64,000 bases of DNA from Calditrichia bacterium (GTDB lineage: Bacteria > Calditrichota > Calditrichia > JAJRVZ01): positions 128,001 to 192,000 of the forward strand of contig CAVZSQ010000022.1 in the NCBI GenBank assembly GCA_963777955.1. The letters are read 5' to 3'. Positions 43,445 to 54,646 of the stretch are shown here, one piece after another. Positions within the stretch are counted from its first letter, which is position 1, and each line of letters opens with the position of its first letter. Position numbers and translations under genes: made by a program. The notes below the pieces were generated by a model. That model was not told the origin of the DNA. It saw only the letters and a program-made list of their open reading frames with translations, and did not search any database.

Positions 43445-44518
43445 ATGCCTGAAACGATCCGGGTGGTGGTAATCGGTTTAGGGCAAATGGGTAGTTCGCA
43501 TGCCCGGGCTTACCGGCAGATCCCGGGATTTGAGCTGGCCGGTCTGGTGGATACCAGTAAAGAGAGATGTGCACAGTTATCCGCCGAACTCGGCGGTATC
43601 GCACGGTTTTCATCCCTGGCTGATGCACTCAGCACTGCTAAACCGGATGCGGTGGCGGTCTGCACCTATCCCGATACTCATAAACAATATATCCTGCAAA
43701 GTTTACAGGCTGATGCTCATGTTTTTACAGAAAAACCACTGGCCCTGACGGTAAAAGATGCCCGGCAGATTTTAAAAATGGCCGGACAAAAAAATAAAAA
43801 AGTTGTGGTCGGTTATATACTGCGTCATAACCCGTCCTGGATCCGCTTTATTGAACTGGCCCGGACACTGGGCAAACCTCTGGTCATGCGCATGAATCTG
43901 AATCAGCAGAGTAATGGTTCAGCCTGGCAAATCCATAAGAATCTGATGAACTCCATGTCACCGATTGTCGATTGCGGTGTGCATTATGTCGATGTGATGT
44001 GTCAGATGACCCGCAGCGCTCCGGTTCAGGTCCAGGCCATTGGCGCCAGGTTAAGCGCAGAAGTTCAACCGGACATGTATAATTATGGAAATTTACAGGT
44101 GCGGTTTGCTGACGGTTCGATAGGATGGTATGAAGCTGGCTGGGGACCCATGATGAGTGAAACTGCTCATTTTGTTAAGGATGTAGTCGGTCCGCTGGGC
44201 AGTGTCAGCATTATGGACCCGGGAACGGTAAAAACCGGCGTCTCGGAGGATATCCAGTCTCATACCAGGACCAATTGCCTGCTGGTCCATTATTCCGGAT
44301 TGGATGATCGGGGCAGGTTCCTCAAGAGTGATGAAATGATTGATACCAGTGCTGAACCGGATCATCAGGAACTGTGCAACCGCGAACAGCGCTATTTTCT
44401 TAAAGCGATTCAGGAAAATATTGACCTGAGTGAACACCTGCGGGATGCTGTTAATAGTCTGCGTATAGTTCTTGCTGCGGACCGGTCGGTACGAACCGGC
44501 AGAACAGTAAAGTTGTAA
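43445..44518 (+). CDS. Cytoplasmic Gfo/Idh/MocA oxidoreductase
   Basis: VIGLGQMGSSH, HVFTEKPLA, VGYILRH and DCGVHYVD; no signal peptide. Confidence 0.92.
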   Translation: MPETIRVVVIGLGQMGSSHARAYRQIPGFELAGLVDTSKERCAQLSAELGGIARFSSLADALSTAKPDAVAVCTYPDTHKQYILQSLQADAHVFTEKPLALTVKDARQILKMAGQKNKKVVVGYILRHNPSWIRFIELARTLGKPLVMRMNLNQQSNGSAWQIHKNLMNSMSPIVDCGVHYVDVMCQMTRSAPVQVQAIGARLSAEVQPDMYNYGNLQVRFADGSIGWYEAGWGPMMSETAHFVKDVVGPLGSVSIMDPGTVKTGVSEDIQSHTRTNCLLVHYSGLDDRGRFLKSDEMIDTSAEPDHQELCNREQRYFLKAIQENIDLSEHLRDAVNSLRIVLAADRSVRTGRTVKL

Positions 44519-44569
44519 AGAAAAATGTAGCTATGATTATCGATAAACAGAGCAGGGAAGGAGAACAGG

Positions 44570-45772
44570 ATGAAACCTAAGATTTATGCTCAACTCAGCG
44601 TGATGATGTTTCTGGAATTCTTTATCTGGGGAGCCTGGTTCGTTACATTGGGAACCTATCTGGGATCACTTAAATTCAGCGGTACTCAGATCAGGTATAC
44701 TTATTTGATGAATAATATTGCTGCAATTGTTTCTCCTTTTTTCGTCGGCATGATTGCAGACCGGTTTTTTGCTTCGCAGAAAGTTATGGCCGTGTTACAT
44801 CTCCTGGGGGGGATTGTGATATACTATGCTTCCAACCTGGTGACGGCAGGCGGCTTAATTCTGGGATTACTTTTATATAATTTATTGTACATGCCGACCA
44901 TCGCGCTGGCCAATGCGGTCTCATTTCATCAAATGGAAAATCCGGACGCCCAGTTTCCCCGTGTGCGCGTCTGGGGAACGATCGGCTGGATCGTCGCGGG
45001 ATTGAGTATTACCCTGATTCTGGGGAGATACTACGGGCACGTTGAAGCCACGGCCGTTCCGCTGAAGATGGCAGCCTTTGGTTCGATATTGCTTGGTCTG
45101 TATTCGTTTTTCCTGCCGGATACACCGCCCAAAAATGTAGGCAAAGATATTACCATGGGTGATATTCTTGGTGTCAAGGCACTCAAATTGCTGAAGGAAA
45201 AGAATTTTCTCATTTTTGTGATTTCATCACTGCTGATCTGCATCCCCCTGGCTTTTTATTATAATTTTACCAATCTGTTCCTGAATGAACTGGGCATGAC
45301 CGGAACAGCTGCCAAACAATCGATGGGTCAAATGTCCGAAGTGCTGTTCATGATTCTGATGCCCTGGTTCTTCGTACGTTTAGGTGTCAAGAAAATGCTG
45401 CTGGTCGGCATGCTCTCCTGGGTGTTGCGTTACATCCTGTTTGCCTATGGCAATGCGGGCAGCCTGGTCTGGTTACTATATTTGGGTATCCTGCTGCACG
45501 GCCTGTGCTATGATTTCTTTTTTGTTACCGGGATGATTTATGTGGATAAGAAGGCGGGTACAGAGATACGCGCCCAGGCGCAGGGTTTTATCTCCCTGGT
45601 TACTTATGGAATAGGCATCGGACTCGGATCAGTACTCTCCGGACAGATTGTCGATTGGTTTACTGTGGACGGAGTTAAACAATGGCAGACTATCTGGTTG
45701 ATCCCGTCGGTCTTTGCAGCAGGGGTATCACTCTTGTTCGTACTGTTATTTAAAGATGAGAAAAAAGCCTGA
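44570..45772 (+). CDS. MFS nucleoside:H+ symporter family transporter
   Basis: LSVMMFLEFFIWGAW, GMIADRFF, FPRVRVWGTIGWI, GQMSEV and LHGLCYDFFFV. Confidence 0.92.
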   Translation: MKPKIYAQLSVMMFLEFFIWGAWFVTLGTYLGSLKFSGTQIRYTYLMNNIAAIVSPFFVGMIADRFFASQKVMAVLHLLGGIVIYYASNLVTAGGLILGLLLYNLLYMPTIALANAVSFHQMENPDAQFPRVRVWGTIGWIVAGLSITLILGRYYGHVEATAVPLKMAAFGSILLGLYSFFLPDTPPKNVGKDITMGDILGVKALKLLKEKNFLIFVISSLLICIPLAFYYNFTNLFLNELGMTGTAAKQSMGQMSEVLFMILMPWFFVRLGVKKMLLVGMLSWVLRYILFAYGNAGSLVWLLYLGILLHGLCYDFFFVTGMIYVDKKAGTEIRAQAQGFISLVTYGIGIGLGSVLSGQIVDWFTVDGVKQWQTIWLIPSVFAAGVSLLFVLLFKDEKKA

Positions 45773-45778
45773 TAACTT

Positions 45779-47032
45779 ATGAATCGCCGCCACTTTTTAA
45801 AATCTGCTGCATTGACTACGGGTGTATTCACGATTGTACCGCGGCATGTGCTGGGGGGCGTCGGTTATACAGCTCCCAGTGATGTGCTGACCAGAGCTGT
45901 TATCGGTGTGGGCGAGATGGGCAGCAATCATGTACAGTATACCAATGGCCGGCTGCTGGCAGTATGCGACGTAGACCGGGAACACCTGCAGCAGGCGCTG
46001 GAAATTGCCGGTCCGGGTGTACAGGGTTATCAGGACTTCAGGGAGGTCTGCGACCGCACAGATATCGATCTGGTCCAAATTGCCACTCCGCCGCACTGGC
46101 ATGCCCTGATCGCCATAGCAGCAGCCCGGGCCGGCAAAGACATCTGGTGCGAGAAACCGATGACCCGCACCATTGCCGAAGGCCAAAAACTGGTCGAGAC
46201 AGTTCAGAAAACCGGGGTGATGTTCAGGATTAATACCTGGTTCCGTTTTCAGGATGTTTTTTATGAGTTGGGCAGTACTATCGCGCCGGTCAAAAAAATT
46301 GTACAAAATGGCCTGCTAGGCTGGCCGCTTAAAGTTACAGTCGGTGCCGTGACAGGATTTGACTGGAAATCATACTGGCAGGGACAAACCAATCTGCAGC
46401 CGGAATGGATACCCGAGAATTTAAATTACGATATGTGGTTGGGTCCGGCACCGTATAAACCTTATAACAAACACCGGGTTCATCTTAATTTCCGCGGTTA
46501 CTGGGATTACGATGGCGGAGGATTGGGGGATATGGGCCAACATTACCTGGACCCGGTACAATATCTTCTCGATAAAGATAATACAAGTCCGGTGGAGGTC
46601 GAGGCCGAGGCGGTCCAGGCTCATCCCGATGCCGTGGGTAATTTTCGCCGGATCTGGATGCGCTATGCGGATGGGTGTGAACTTATTCTGGACAATGAGT
46701 CGCAGAATGAAAAAATACCTTTCCTGGAAGGGCCTCAGGGAAAATTATATAAGGGAATGGAGTCTACCATTCCTGATCTGAAAAATATACTACGGCAACT
46801 GCCTGATCCGGAACCGCAACTTACCGATTTCAATGAATCGATCCGTATGCGCCGCAGGTTTGCATTGAATGAACAAAATGCACATCGTTCAGCCACCCTG
46901 GTCAACCTGGCCAAAATTGCCGTGCAAACGGGCAGGAAATTATATTTCGATCCGCTGGCCCAGCGGTTTATCAACGATGAGAGTGCCAACCGGCTGGTGG
47001 AACAACCCATGCGCGCACCATGGCATCTGTAA
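45779..47032 (+). CDS. Tat-exported Gfo/Idh/MocA oxidoreductase
   Basis: MNRRHFLK, IATPPHWH, DIWCEKPM and FRGYWDYDGGGLGDMGQHY. Confidence 0.92.
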   Translation: MNRRHFLKSAALTTGVFTIVPRHVLGGVGYTAPSDVLTRAVIGVGEMGSNHVQYTNGRLLAVCDVDREHLQQALEIAGPGVQGYQDFREVCDRTDIDLVQIATPPHWHALIAIAAARAGKDIWCEKPMTRTIAEGQKLVETVQKTGVMFRINTWFRFQDVFYELGSTIAPVKKIVQNGLLGWPLKVTVGAVTGFDWKSYWQGQTNLQPEWIPENLNYDMWLGPAPYKPYNKHRVHLNFRGYWDYDGGGLGDMGQHYLDPVQYLLDKDNTSPVEVEAEAVQAHPDAVGNFRRIWMRYADGCELILDNESQNEKIPFLEGPQGKLYKGMESTIPDLKNILRQLPDPEPQLTDFNESIRMRRRFALNEQNAHRSATLVNLAKIAVQTGRKLYFDPLAQRFINDESANRLVEQPMRAPWHL

Positions 47033-47062
47033 TTTAATCCGCTACACACAGAAAGGAAAAAA

Positions 47063-47659
47063 ATGCGAGTAAAAATGTTGGTGTTCTTAATAGCCATGAT
47101 GGTAATCATAACTCAGACCATAGCCCAGACTCCTGTGAAAAAATATGATATAAAATCGGGCATCGTAACCTATGATTTGATTATGAAAGTGGGAACTATG
47201 GAGTTAAAGAAAAAGTTCATAGTTTATTTTGACGATTACGGGATGAAAGAGTGCAAAGAGACTTATTCCGATAATAAATTAGTACAGAGTTATCTCAGCG
47301 ACGGTAAAGATTTATATTCTTTAGAACATAATAAAAAGAAGGCATCTAAAAAAGGTCCGGCCTTTCGTGGAACCGAATTGCGGGTAGAATGGTCGGAATT
47401 CGGAACGGAAAAAGACCGCCAGTCCGGCAAAATTAAAAAAGTGCCTGCGATAACGGTCGCCGGGAAAAGTTGCGAAATGTTTGAGTCCAAAGATGAAAAG
47501 GGCAACATAACCCAATATGGTGGTTGGAATAAAATTTTATTATTGCTGGATACACAGATGCAGGGTACCCATAGCATCCAGCGTGCAGTAAAGGTTGAAG
47601 AGAATGTAAATGTTTCCCCGGATAAATTTAAAGTACCTGCAGGATATACTTTACAGTAA
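47063..47659 (+). CDS. Secreted hypothetical protein
   Basis: Signal peptide (..TIA-Q); KKYDIKSGIVTY, YFDDYG, TVAGKSC and C-terminal FKVPAGY. Confidence 0.75.
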   Translation: MRVKMLVFLIAMMVIITQTIAQTPVKKYDIKSGIVTYDLIMKVGTMELKKKFIVYFDDYGMKECKETYSDNKLVQSYLSDGKDLYSLEHNKKKASKKGPAFRGTELRVEWSEFGTEKDRQSGKIKKVPAITVAGKSCEMFESKDEKGNITQYGGWNKILLLLDTQMQGTHSIQRAVKVEENVNVSPDKFKVPAGYTLQ

Positions 47660-47721
47660 TATATTCAGGTTAGACCTGCTGGATACTAATTAGACAGTTC
47701 ATCACTTATGTAAATAGTATT

Positions 47722-50513
47722 ATGCCGAATACATATTTTAGATCTTTTTTTAAAACGATATCATTACTTATCAGAATACTTTTAGTTAATTTGCTGATTC
47801 TGCTGATTGCCTGCTCCAGAGACAACGTAGAATCCCGGAATGACAATAATCTATCAATACCGGAATTGCTGCAACTCATACCGGCAAATACTGCAACTCA
47901 AACCTACTTGATCAATAAGGCGCTATTGGCACAGGGTCGCAGCGGTGTTTTAGATCTCGGCATGATGCTAAATGATAAAGATGAACAGATCAGGACCGCA
48001 GCGGAGTATGCACTATCATCTTTGGCTTTTCAGGTCACCCGTGGTAATAATGCTGAGGAACGGCAGGAATTCCTGCAGGGAATTTATCTGGCTCTGCAGG
48101 CGGATCAACTCCGTACTGTCCGGCCTCTGCTGATCAGTTTATTAAAAATCGCCGGGGATGAATCTTCAATAAAACCACTGGCTCATTTTCTTACAGATGA
48201 AAAGTTATGTGCACTAATTATACCCACCATGCTGAATATCGGTACGCCTTCGGCGGCAGCGGGCAAAGAGTTACTGTCAGCATTACCCCGGAGTTGGGGG
48301 AGTAATAAACCGGCGATCATCCAGGCCCTGGGCCAGTTGAGATATATACCGGCAGCTGCCGGGATATTTGAATATATCAGCGATCCGGATACTGTCATCA
48401 AGTTGGCAGCCATTTCTGCTCTGGCAAATATGGGATATGAACCACTGCGTCCGGTTTTGCTGGAAAGCATCACTGAAAGTGGTACGTCATACAGAGAGCA
48501 ATTAATTATAGATTACCTTAAATTCATAGAACAGTTGAAGGATAAATCTATGGCGGCACAATACTGCCGGGAAATAATTACCGATTCTCCGGATTATTTT
48601 TCCGGGCATAATCGCCTGACCGCCGCAGGTATGTTAATTGCAATCCAGGGTGGCCCAGCTGCTTTGCCTGATGTTTTGAATTTCATGCAGAATTGTTCTG
48701 CCAAAGACCAACTGACTATCCTGATCTTCCTGGAAAATATGGATATCACAACCCTGATTGACGCAGTATCCGCAGTAAAATATAAACTGTCTCCAGCATG
48801 GCAGGCCGGATTTATTACCATGCTCGGTTCCAGAAAAGATCAAAAAGCGATACCATTTATCGAAGCCGCATTGCAGGATACCGCAGTCATTGTCCGGGCT
48901 GCAGCCATAAAATCTCTGCTGCAGATCCGACCGGCGCGGGCGAGTGAATTTTTGATACCGGTTATGTGCCGGGAAAGCGATTCGCTGATACGCGATGCTT
49001 TGTATACCAGTTTAAAAACCGTACCCACTCAGGAATTGTTCCCCGGCCTGGCAGAGCATTATCCCGAGATGAATCTGGCTGGCAGGCAACTGGTGCTGAA
49101 TATAATGGGAGAACGCCAGATCAGAATGTATACTGATTTTGTCATCGGTCAAATGTCCGCCGGGCAGGCAGAAGTACGGATTGCGGCTATGCAGAATATT
49201 GCCGATCTGGCCGCTGCCGGTGATCTGCCGGTTCTGCTCAGCCAGTGGCAGAGAACATCTGCAGCCTGAACAGGAAATATTATTCAAATCAATCCTGGAA
49301 CTGATCGACCGCTATCAGGATGAGCCGGCTATACATCAGGCCATCATGGGAATTTGCACAAAATAAAAATGATTCCAACCGCGAATTTTTATTACGGATG
49401 CTCAAACGGAGCGGTGCTGACCAGGCTCTGCAGATTTTACGGGCGGAAATAAAATCCGGCAAAGCGGAAATAAAAGACGCGGCCTGGCGGACACTATGCG
49501 AATGGCCGCGGCTAAATGCGCTGAATGATCTCTTAAACCTGGCGGCCAGCAAGGAAGATCTGACTTACCGGGTACTGGCTACCCGCGCCTGTTTGCAACT
49601 GCTGCAGGAAAATGATTCAGGCCAAGAAATTGAATTTCAGAATTATCAGAAGTTATTCGAATCCACACCGCGCTTAGCAGAAAAGCAGTTGGTTTTATTT
49701 GCTATGGCTGATCTGAAATCGGAAAGTGCCTTACATTACCTGACTGCATTGATCAATGATCCCGATCTTGGTTCCACAGCGACGATGACCATCATGAATA
49801 TGGTTAAATCTGCCTCTGACAGCAGTGCGGAAATAAAAGGTACTGAAATCGCTGCAGCTGGTCTGCAAGGTCAACTAAAACCGGGATCAGCTGCTGAGAA
49901 GATGGTCCTTGAATCAGCTGATTCATCTCATAATCGACCTCCCGTGGGGTTTGTCGCCCTGTTCAACGGTCATGATCTGACCGGCTGGCAGATTATTGAC
50001 GGTTTGCCTGACAGTTGGCAGGTGCAGGATAGCGTACTATACACCACCGGTAAAGGGGGCGGCTGGCTGTCCTCTGACCGGATTTTTAGCGATTTCAAAA
50101 TGGCATTGGAATTTCGCTCACCGGCAGGGGGCAACAGCGGGATATTCATCCGGGCGCCGCATGAAGGGGATCCGGCCTACACCGGTATGGAAATTCAGTT
50201 ACTGGATGATTTTGCCCGGAAAAATGCTGGCTTGAAACCATGGCAGTACTGCGGCAGTATTTACGGGATTCAAGCACCCGTGCAGCGCGTCAGCAAGCCT
50301 GATGGTACCTGGCAGAAAATGGTAATCGACTGCCGGGGACCGCAAATTAAAGTAACCCTTAATGATGTTATGATTATTGATGCAAATTTGGCCGAGTACA
50401 TGGATCAGGAAACAGTCCATCCGGGGATTAAGCGTCGCAGCGGACATATTGGGCTGCAAAATCATTCGACCCCTGTGGAATTCAGAAAGATCAGGATCAT
50501 CGAATATGAATAA
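47722..50513 (+). CDS. HEAT-repeat lipoprotein with C-terminal DUF1080, frame breaks near 49267 and 49349
   Basis: Lipobox LIAC; HEAT-like repeats (IIQALGQLR, AAISALANMG, VRAAAIKSL); GFVALFNGHDLTGW, GNSGIFIR, EIQLLDD and GHIGLQNH..VEFRKIRI. Confidence 0.82.
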
Positions 50514-50619
50514 TTAACCGCGGACGATCCGCACGGATTCTTCGAGCGCAAAGAATAGTATATGAAGTGAATACAATTAGTATTAATTTTTCCATATAAA
50601 ATAAAATGGGAGTTGTCAT

Positions 50620-52074
50620 ATGCGTTATTTTGTAAAAATAATGAGATGTATGATCATGCTGATCATTCTTCCTGTATTTAGTTTATTCGCCAAAAACGAT
50701 ATACTGCCGGTATCATCACATCCGGTAACCGATGTGTATCCCGGCTGGCAACTGGGGATACAGTTGTGGACATTTCACAAATACACTTTTTTTGAAGCAA
50801 TTGATAAAGCGGCGTCAACAGGTGTGTCATGGGTTGAGGCGTATCCCGGACAAAAATTAGGGGTTGAATACCCGGATCAGAATTTTGATCATAATCTGCC
50901 GGCAGAATTACGGGAGAGGGTGAAACATAAACTTGCCGGGTATGGCTTGTATCTTTCTGCTTATGGGGTAGTGGACATGCCCAACGATGAGGTCAAGTGC
51001 CGCCAGGTTTTCGATTTTGCCAGAGATATGGGCATCGGCGTGATTGTTGCTGAACCGCCGGCTGAAGCCATGGCCATGGTCGACCGCTTGTGTAATGAAT
51101 ACAAGATCAGTGTAGCCATTCATAATCATCCCGAGCCTTCCAATTACTGGAATCCCGATAAAGTGGTTGAAGCGGTAAAGGGTTGCAGCAAATATATAGG
51201 ATCCTGCGCCGATCTGGGACACTGGCCGCGATCAGGTGTCGGTCCGCTGGCAGCTCTGAAAAAACTGGAAGGCCGGATTGTCAGTCTGCATTTTAAAGAT
51301 CTGAATGAATTCGGTAATAAAGAAGCGTATGATGTACCCTGGGGCAGCGGTATCCTGGACATGCCGGCAATACTGAAAGAATTACAGCGCCAGAAATTTA
51401 CAGGTCCAATTTCGATTGAATATGAACACAACTGGGAATCTTCGCTGCCCGAGATCAGGCAATCTATAGCAGCCTATAATAATGCTACAGCCAAACTGCA
51501 GAAACCGGCCTGGAAAAATCTTTTCAGCAATGATCTCATCAATGCCATATCTAAAAAAGGTAATTGGGAATTAAAAGAAGGGGTTCTCGGAGCTCTGGGT
51601 GGTGATGATATCTGGACAAATGAAAAGTATGGTGATTTTATTCTTGATCTGGAATTTAAACTGGATAATGAAACCAATAGCGGTGTTTTTTTGCGCACCG
51701 GTGATATCGTTGAATGGTTGGAGACGTCAATTGAAGTGCAGATTCTGGATTCGTACGGGAAGACGGTTCCGGACCGGCAGGACTGCGGTGCTATCTTTGA
51801 CTGCCTGGCACCATCCAAAAATATGGTTAAAAAACCGGGAGAATGGAATCGCTACACCATTACCTGTAAAGCCAATAAAATATATGTGGTCTTGAATGGC
51901 CAGCAGATAATTGACATGGATCTGAATTTGTGGAAAGAAGCAGGCAAAAATCCCGATGGCTCAGCCAACAAATTTGATACGGCTTATCAGAAAATGCCGC
52001 GCAAAGGAAATATCGGGTTGCAGTACCACGGCCACCCGGTCTGGTTCAGGAATATTAAAGTGCAGGAATTATGA
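50620..52074 (+). CDS. Exported fusion of a sugar phosphate isomerase/epimerase (AP-endonuclease-2 TIM barrel) and DUF1080
   Basis: LGIQLWTF, VAIHNH, CADLGHW, SLHFKD and ISIEYE, then YGDFILDLEF, NSGVFLR, IEVQILDS and IGLQYHG..VWFRNIKV. Confidence 0.88.
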   Translation: MRYFVKIMRCMIMLIILPVFSLFAKNDILPVSSHPVTDVYPGWQLGIQLWTFHKYTFFEAIDKAASTGVSWVEAYPGQKLGVEYPDQNFDHNLPAELRERVKHKLAGYGLYLSAYGVVDMPNDEVKCRQVFDFARDMGIGVIVAEPPAEAMAMVDRLCNEYKISVAIHNHPEPSNYWNPDKVVEAVKGCSKYIGSCADLGHWPRSGVGPLAALKKLEGRIVSLHFKDLNEFGNKEAYDVPWGSGILDMPAILKELQRQKFTGPISIEYEHNWESSLPEIRQSIAAYNNATAKLQKPAWKNLFSNDLINAISKKGNWELKEGVLGALGGDDIWTNEKYGDFILDLEFKLDNETNSGVFLRTGDIVEWLETSIEVQILDSYGKTVPDRQDCGAIFDCLAPSKNMVKKPGEWNRYTITCKANKIYVVLNGQQIIDMDLNLWKEAGKNPDGSANKFDTAYQKMPRKGNIGLQYHGHPVWFRNIKVQEL

Positions 52075-53411
52075 AAAACAAAATAAGAAATATTAACCGG
52101 CGGAATTTTGTAAAAACCGGAATGGCGGCGGGAGCCGGACTGATCATTGCTCCGCTGATTATGAAACATGCCCGGGCCAATGATTCCAATGATCTGAATG
52201 TTGCTTTGCTGGGCGCCGGTGCGCAGGGACAGGTTCTGCTCAACGCCTGCCTGAAAATACCCAACCTGCGATTCAAGGCCGTATGCGATATCTGGACTGA
52301 GTACAGTTTAAAACGGGCTCACAATCTGCTGCAGAAGTATGGACATGAATTGAATGCCTACCAGGATTACCGCGAAATGCTGGCCAGGGAGAACAGCCTT
52401 GATGCCGTGTTGGTCGCCACACCTGACTTCTGGCATGCGGCGCATACCGAGGATTGCCTGGCCGCCGGGCTTAATGTCTACTGTGAAAAAGAGATGTCCA
52501 ATACTCTGGAAGGTTGCCGGCGCATCGTCCGTGCAGCCCGTAGAAGCAGTAAACTGGTTCAGATCGGACATCAACGGCGCAGTAATCCGCGTTACCTGCA
52601 TTGTTATGACGTCCTGCTGCAAAAAGCACGTCTGTTGGGCCGTATTACTACGATTAACGGACAATGGAACCGCTCCGTACAACCTGATCTGGGCTGGCCG
52701 GAAAAGTATACTATTCCACAACCGGTATTACGCACCTACGGTTTTCAATCCATGCAGCAATTCCGCAACTGGCGCTGGTACCGGGCTCTGGGCGGCGGAC
52801 CGATTGTGGATCTGGGCTCTCACCAGATAGATATCTATAACTGGTTTCTGAACAGCCGGCCGGTTTCGGTCTTTGCCAGCGGCGGAACCGACTATTATAA
52901 AAAGATCGGCCATGAGTGGTACGATAATGTTCTGGCCATTTACGAATACCAGACCGGAGACGGAATGGTGCGCGCTTATTATCAGACTATTACCACCAAC
53001 AGTAACCTGGGTTATTATGAAAGTTTTATGGGCGATGAAGGTACACTGCAAATATCCGAATCGTCCAGTCGTGGATCGCTCTACCGCGAACAAAATGCCC
53101 CACCCTGGGATAAATGGATCGAAATGGGTTATTTAGTCGCTCCTGAGGAAGCAATTGAAAAACCGGCTGCCGGTGCGGTAATTGATGTGCGGGAAACCAT
53201 CGCACCACCCAAGCATGAACTGCCGGTAGTGTTTACCGATCCTTATCATAAACCGCACCTGGAAAATTTTTTCAATGCTATCCGCGGCCAGGAAAAATTG
53301 AATTGCCCGGTGGATGTGGGTTATGAAACGGCAGTGGTTGTGCTGAAAGTGAATGATGCCGTGGCTGCCGGGAAGAAGTTAAAATTTTCCGCTGAAGAAT
53401 TTAAGGTTTGA
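52071..53411 (+). CDS. Tat-exported Gfo/Idh/MocA oxidoreductase
   Basis: INRRNFVK, LGAGAQG, VATPDFWH, VYCEKEM, QIGHQRRS and WRWYRALGGGPIVDLGSHQID. Confidence 0.92.
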   Translation: MKNKIRNINRRNFVKTGMAAGAGLIIAPLIMKHARANDSNDLNVALLGAGAQGQVLLNACLKIPNLRFKAVCDIWTEYSLKRAHNLLQKYGHELNAYQDYREMLARENSLDAVLVATPDFWHAAHTEDCLAAGLNVYCEKEMSNTLEGCRRIVRAARRSSKLVQIGHQRRSNPRYLHCYDVLLQKARLLGRITTINGQWNRSVQPDLGWPEKYTIPQPVLRTYGFQSMQQFRNWRWYRALGGGPIVDLGSHQIDIYNWFLNSRPVSVFASGGTDYYKKIGHEWYDNVLAIYEYQTGDGMVRAYYQTITTNSNLGYYESFMGDEGTLQISESSSRGSLYREQNAPPWDKWIEMGYLVAPEEAIEKPAAGAVIDVRETIAPPKHELPVVFTDPYHKPHLENFFNAIRGQEKLNCPVDVGYETAVVVLKVNDAVAAGKKLKFSAEEFKV

Positions 53412-53434
53412 TTTCAAGATGGCTGCTGAGAAAA

Positions 53435-54565
53435 ATGATAACAGGTCCGGCAGAACGCCTGGTCTCTCTCGATGTCTTCAGGGGCATAACCATTGCTGCC
53501 ATGATCCTGGTTAACAATCCGGGCAGCTGGGATCATGTCTTCCCGCAATTACGCCATGCCTCCTGGCATGGCTGGACATTGACCGATCTTATCTTTCCTT
53601 TCTTTTTATTTATTGTAGGGGTGGCCATCGTCTTTGCCTTTTCGAAACGCATCGACCGTAAGGTCACCAAAACAGGCCTGTATATAAAAATTATCCGGCG
53701 GACCCTGATCATCTTTCTGCTGGGTCTGTTTTTGAATGCATTTCCCTATTTCGAACTTGCCACTCTGCGCATACCGGGAGTTTTACAGCGGATTGCGATT
53801 TGTTATCTCATTGCATCATTAATCTATTTAAATACGCGCAGCGCCTGGAAAGGACTGAGCATCTGGGCTGTGCTGTTCCTGCTGCTATACTGGTTAATGA
53901 TGGAATGGATACCGGTTCCGGAAGTGGGGGCTGGAATTTATAAGGTGGGTAAAAATTTTTCAAATTACATTGATAGCATTCTATTGCAGGGTCATATGTG
54001 GTCTTATACCGGTACCTGGGACCCGGAGGGAATTATCAGTACACTCCCTGCTATATCCACGACCTTGTTTGGAGTTTTAACCGGAAATTGGCTGAAAAGC
54101 AATAGATCAGCTCATCAAAAAACTCTGGGTATGTTAATGGCGGGAAATGTGGGATTGTTACTGGGGATTATCTGGGATAATTACCTTCCCATTAATAAAA
54201 GTATCTGGACCAGTTCCTATGTTGTCTTAACAGCCGGACTGGCATTAATTTGTCTGGCTTTCTGTTATTATTACATAGACGTGCAGGGTAAACGGAAGTG
54301 GATCCAACCGGCACTGGTCTTCGGTAGTAATGCAATCGCTGCTTATGTCCTGTCCGGTATCCTGGCCGATATATTTATTTCTGTTATTAAATACTATGCT
54401 GCCGATGGCACAATCCGGAATTTTCAGTCCTGGTTGTATGAACATGTGTTTTCTTCATGGTTAGGTCCACTTTATGGTTCTCTCGCTTATGCCATATGTT
54501 TTGTTTTACTAATTTATCTGATTGTGTTAATTCTGTATAAAAAAAGAATTTTCATCAAGGTATAA
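53435..54565 (+). CDS. HGSNAT/NagX-like membrane acyltransferase
   Basis: RLVSLDVFRGITIAAMILVNNPG, LRHASWHG.TLTDLIFPFFLF, GVLQRI, DPEG and PINKSIWTSSY. The start is uncertain. Confidence 0.88.
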   Translation: MITGPAERLVSLDVFRGITIAAMILVNNPGSWDHVFPQLRHASWHGWTLTDLIFPFFLFIVGVAIVFAFSKRIDRKVTKTGLYIKIIRRTLIIFLLGLFLNAFPYFELATLRIPGVLQRIAICYLIASLIYLNTRSAWKGLSIWAVLFLLLYWLMMEWIPVPEVGAGIYKVGKNFSNYIDSILLQGHMWSYTGTWDPEGIISTLPAISTTLFGVLTGNWLKSNRSAHQKTLGMLMAGNVGLLLGIIWDNYLPINKSIWTSSYVVLTAGLALICLAFCYYYIDVQGKRKWIQPALVFGSNAIAAYVLSGILADIFISVIKYYAADGTIRNFQSWLYEHVFSSWLGPLYGSLAYAICFVLLIYLIVLILYKKRIFIKV

Positions 54566-54602
54566 CTGATGAACATCCGATTTATCCTCTTTTATAAAAT
54601 TA

Positions 54603-54646
54603 AGATTCATCCTCGCCCCGATAAATCGGGGCTTGTCAGAATGGCA
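54603..54646. repeat. REP-like element enclosing the palindrome CCCCGATAAATCGGGG
   Basis: AGATTC...GAATGGCA termini resemble the 24169-24222 element; the inner hairpin lies at 54616-54631. Confidence 0.5.
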
